Source: Nanohaloarchaea archaeon B1-Br10_U2g1
GTDB lineage: Archaea; Nanohalarchaeota; Nanosalinia; Nanosalinales; Nanosalinaceae
Length of the DNA: 64,000 nt
Direction: 5' to 3'
Assembly: GCA_001563875.1 (NCBI GenBank)
Contig: LKMN01000001.1
Span: 1-64,000 of the forward strand
The notes below the pieces were generated by a model, which made no database searches, was not told where the DNA came from, and saw only the letters and a program-made list of their open reading frames with translations. The position numbers and the translations under genes were made by a program. Of this stretch, positions 60,777 to 64,000 are shown one piece after another (within the stretch, counting starts at the first letter, position 1; each line of letters opens with the position of its first letter).

Positions 60777-60972
60777 CTAAAAATGTTCTAGGCTCTTGTT
60801 GCCAGGAAACTTCATACCGTCCTCGGCAAGTATTACTTTAAAGTCTTTTTCCTCTTTAAGTCGTTCTCCTTGTTTTTCCATATCGGAGTTGAGAAAACTA
60901 TGGTTGAAGTGTGTGAGTATTAATGTCTTCGGACTATTCTTCCTCCTACTGTTCCAGGATGTATAGCTTCAT
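60777..60972 (-). pseudogene. Internally deleted, frameshifted MBL-fold hydrolase remnant
   Basis: 5' piece MKLYI(L)/GTVGGR joined to 3' piece PKTLILTHFNHSF..KVILAEDGMKF; the HxHxDH core is absent. Confidence 0.65.
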
Positions 60973-61063
60973 CTATAGTTAACCGTCTTAGATATCTTTA
61001 GTTTTTGAAGAAGATTTTTCCGGTCTAGTAATAAATCTCTTTGGATGTATTACCTATTTTGTT

Positions 61064-61573
61064 ATGAGTTTAAAGTATTTTGAAGAGGCTAAAAGGTTGG
61101 AAGACTTAAACGAGGACAGGTTTGATCTAGGTTTTGAATCCTTATTATCTGAGGAAAATGATGAAGGAATAGTTTATACCACCTCCTCCGGAGGCCGCAG
61201 TATGAAGGTAGTTTCTAGAGGAGAACAACTAGATTATGAAGAAACCTTTATGCTTGAGGATAGAATCGTGGGGTTAGAATCGGACGAAAGACTTAGACAA
61301 AGAACTATCTGGGATTCAGAAGGTTTTTTGTATGGTCATACAGCTAAGATTGTCAGAGATTCTTACGAAGATGTTAATGAAGCTCGTTTATTGGAACAGG
61401 GAGAGTATGGCGAGGATTTAGGTGTTGAGATTACTGATAGAGATGATGTTAAAGATTTGAAGACTAGGGAGGAATTCAACGAGTGCTGGAGATGGCTTGC
61501 TTATCCTGAGCCGGACACAGACATAAGTTTGAGAGATGTGTATACTGAAACAGCGGACTTTTACAGAGACTGA
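61064..61573 (+). CDS. Hypothetical acidic protein
   Basis: 169-aa ORF. Confidence 0.65.
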   Translation: MSLKYFEEAKRLEDLNEDRFDLGFESLLSEENDEGIVYTTSSGGRSMKVVSRGEQLDYEETFMLEDRIVGLESDERLRQRTIWDSEGFLYGHTAKIVRDSYEDVNEARLLEQGEYGEDLGVEITDRDDVKDLKTREEFNECWRWLAYPEPDTDISLRDVYTETADFYRD

Positions 61574-61610
61574 ATAGCGTCCATATCTTTGTCACTATAT
61601 AACCGCAACA

Positions 61611-61645
61611 TTTATATGTTGTCGTTACTATATAGTAACATATGA
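61611..61645 (+). promoter_or_regulatory. TATA box plus perfect palindromic operator, copy 2
   Basis: TTTATA..GTTACTATATAGTAAC (61624-61639) 2 nt before ATG 61642. Confidence 0.7.
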
Positions 61646-61764
61646 GAGTGGTTCAAAAGATGTATGGTGATGTCGCGGACGAAAGCCTTAATGACCTGAG
61701 ACAACAGGTCGGGAATGGTAATATTGAACTCAAAAAAATGAGAATATACACAAAAAAGCCGTGA
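61642..61764 (+). CDS. Putative 40-aa small protein
   Basis: MRVVQKMYGDVADESLNDLRQQVGNGNIELKKMRIYTKKP; directly after the conserved promoter; ends 7 nt before the next ORF. Confidence 0.5.
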   Translation: MRVVQKMYGDVADESLNDLRQQVGNGNIELKKMRIYTKKP

Positions 61765-61771
61765 TAAATAG

Positions 61772-62236
61772 ATGAAAAAAGCACTAGTTGTTGTTCACCC
61801 GCATGAAGAGTATGATCACGGGGTAGTGGGCGAACAGTTCGAGGAGTATGTACAATCATTTGAAGGAGACACCTATGTAGTTCCATCAGTAAAGTCGGAC
61901 AGGTGTGAAAGACCTTATGGTGACGCAGAGATCTATGATGAAGTGCTTGAAGAAGACTTTTATGGAAGCCTTAAAGAGGAAGATAATGAGTTTTTGGAGA
62001 CAAATTATGACGAAGTTATATTAGCAGGTGGATACGCTAGAGAATGTCTCCGCAACACTCACCAAGGAATATCCGGCAGAGATGTTCAAGTTAATATTGA
62101 ACCTGAGATAACCTATGACCAAACTTTCCGTAACACCGAAGGATTTACATTATCAGAGGTCATAGCTACAGGAGATAAAGAGATAATAGGAAAATTCTTG
62201 GAGCCCTTCAATAATGGAGAAACAGGACTAGTGTGA
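61772..62236 (+). CDS. Isochorismatase/cysteine-hydrolase-like protein
   Basis: ALVVVHP N-terminal strand; ILAGGYARECL. Confidence 0.55.
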   Translation: MKKALVVVHPHEEYDHGVVGEQFEEYVQSFEGDTYVVPSVKSDRCERPYGDAEIYDEVLEEDFYGSLKEEDNEFLETNYDEVILAGGYARECLRNTHQGISGRDVQVNIEPEITYDQTFRNTEGFTLSEVIATGDKEIIGKFLEPFNNGETGLV

Positions 62237-64000
62237 CTATCTTATCCTACTTCCTTTCTCTATATCCCCTTCTGATTTAAGCAGCGAAACATTTCCTTCT
62301 TCGTCTTCTGCCGCCAACATCATACACTCGCTTTTTTCTCCCCTAAGTTCTGCGGGCTCCAGATTTGCTAAAATTGTAACCTTCTTACCGTCAAGCTCGT
62401 CTGGTCTATAATGATTCTTCAGTCCGGCACAAGTCTGTAGAGTGGCCTCTCCAATATCTATCTTGACTTTGTAGAGCTTATCTGCGTTCGGATGTTCTTC
62501 TACAGAAACTACCTCTCCAACCCTGATATCCATGTCCTGAAAGTCTTCAAAACTAACTGTGTTGTCGTTAAAACTGTCTTCTTCTGACTCTTCCATAGCA
62601 TCTTTCTTCTCGTCAACCTCTATCTTTTCAAACAATATTTCTCGTTTACCAAGCCTGTGCCCGGACTCTATGCCTCCAAGTAACGGATCTACAAACTCGT
62701 TAAATCCCTCTTCTGTATGTATCTCGGTGTTCAGCATACCGCCAATTTTTTCGCTTGTTTCCGGTGTAAAAGGATAAAGTGTTACTCCAAGAGCTCTTAT
62801 TATCCTGACAGATACGTGTATTGTCTCATCTCTCCTGTCTTCGTTGTTCCATGGCTCCTCTTCAGACAAGTATCGGTCTCCTAGCCTTGCAAGCTCCACT
62901 GCTTTATCTAAAGCTTCTTTGGGTTTGTGTTCTTCGAAAAACTTCTCGTATTCTGAGATGATTCTTTCTGCCTCATCTACAACTTCCTCGTCTCTCTGTT
63001 CTAAATCTGCCGCAGGTGCTTTATTATCGAACCATTTTTCGGTTAGGCTCAAAGTCCTGTTGACAAAGTTTCCAATGGTATCGTTCAATACATTGTTTAT
63101 CTCGGATTCAAAGTCTTTCCAAGAGAACGTTGTATCGTGGTTTCTCGGTATCTTACGAGCTAAGTAGAATCTCCAGTAGTCTGCAGGATACATATCCAAT
63201 GCGTCCTCCGTTGAAAGACCTTTGCCTCTTGACTTCGAGAACTTCGTATCCTCTGCAAGCAAGTACTCTTGTATAAACTCGTAGTGTGGAAGCGAGTAGT
63301 CTGTTTCCTCTGTACTTGAACCTGTTAGCATCGAAGGCCACATAACGGCGTGGAATATAGTATTATCTTTTCCTATAGAGTAGTATGTCTCTGCATCTCC
63401 TGTCCAATAATCTTTCCATTCGTCGTTGTCCTGGAAAAGTTCTCTTGTAAAGCCTATATAACCTATAGGTGCATCAAACCATACGTAGAGAACTTTATTG
63501 CTGTAGGTGTCAGCGTCTAAGCTTTCAACTTCTAAACCTTCTTTCTCAATTCTCCTGTTTACCCTGTTCACAGGTATTTCGAATCCCCATTCTATATCTC
63601 GGGTTATACACCGTGGTTCAGTGTCGTCAATTGCGTTCAGTACTTCTTCAAACTTTGAGTCGGGGACAGGCTGAGGTTCCGCGTTTTTAATCCAGTCTCT
63701 TAATTCCTCTTTAAACTTGGTTAGATCGAAGAATAAGTGTGTAGTCTCTCTGAACTCTATATCCTCGCTTCCTGAGATGGTGGAGTAAGGCTCAGTCAGT
63801 TCTTCCGGCTCCACAAGTTTTCCACAGTCGTCACACTGGTCTCCTCGTGATAATCCTCCACAGTGTGGACATCCTCCTTCGACGTACCTGTCTGGAAGGA
63901 AACGGCCATCTTCTTTAGAGTAGGGGAGCGTCTGTTTCTTCTCTTTTATGTATCCGTTACAGTAAAGCTCAGTGAACATGTCATGGGTCTGTCTTTTATT
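62237..64000 (-). CDS. metG: Methionine--tRNA ligase with C-terminal tRNA-binding domain (5' end outside the window)
   Basis: Zinc knuckle, YVWFDAPIGY, IGKDN, KFSKS, HPNADKL; frame stays open to the window edge. Confidence 0.96.
   Translation of the reverse strand, partial: NKRQTHDMFTELYCNGYIKEKKQTLPYSKEDGRFLPDRYVEGGCPHCGGLSRGDQCDDCGKLVEPEELTEPYSTISGSEDIEFRETTHLFFDLTKFKEELRDWIKNAEPQPVPDSKFEEVLNAIDDTEPRCITRDIEWGFEIPVNRVNRRIEKEGLEVESLDADTYSNKVLYVWFDAPIGYIGFTRELFQDNDEWKDYWTGDAETYYSIGKDNTIFHAVMWPSMLTGSSTEETDYSLPHYEFIQEYLLAEDTKFSKSRGKGLSTEDALDMYPADYWRFYLARKIPRNHDTTFSWKDFESEINNVLNDTIGNFVNRTLSLTEKWFDNKAPAADLEQRDEEVVDEAERIISEYEKFFEEHKPKEALDKAVELARLGDRYLSEEEPWNNEDRRDETIHVSVRIIRALGVTLYPFTPETSEKIGGMLNTEIHTEEGFNEFVDPLLGGIESGHRLGKREILFEKIEVDEKKDAMEESEEDSFNDNTVSFEDFQDMDIRVGEVVSVEEHPNADKLYKVKIDIGEATLQTCAGLKNHYRPDELDGKKVTILANLEPAELRGEKSECMMLAAEDEEGNVSLLKSEGDIEKGSRIR

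Overview
Gene-dense chromosomal window from a halophilic archaeon. The acidic proteome, very short intergenic gaps, mostly leaderless genes and near absence of biosynthetic pathway genes point to a DPANN symbiont, most likely Nanohaloarchaeota (inference, no database check). Most of the window is core information-processing machinery: Cdc6, MCM, RPA/SSB, DNA ligase, TBP, TFB, histone, aIF2-beta, aIF5A, aRF1, L37e/S8e/L15e, Lsm, Elp3, Trm1, CCA enzyme, ValRS, MetRS, tRNA-Ile and tRNA-Lys. It also carries a full A-type ATP synthase operon (H-I-K-E-C-F-A-[orf]-B-D). The best candidate for an undescribed system is at 40.8-49.3 kb: a coupled pair of a 543-aa coiled-coil protein with an XRE-like HTH and an 862-aa endonuclease-IV-like metal TIM barrel split by a ~450-aa insert, flanked by a nucleotidyltransferase with degenerate HEPN-like repeats and by NYN and TatD nucleases. 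Other notable items are a stand-alone lycopene cyclase + Brp/Blh retinal module, a palindromic operator shared by two distant orphan loci, repeats flanking cdc6 with an ORB-like box, a probable ATC start for atpI, and an internally deleted MBL-fold pseudogene. No CRISPR array, rRNA, transposase or integrase was seen.
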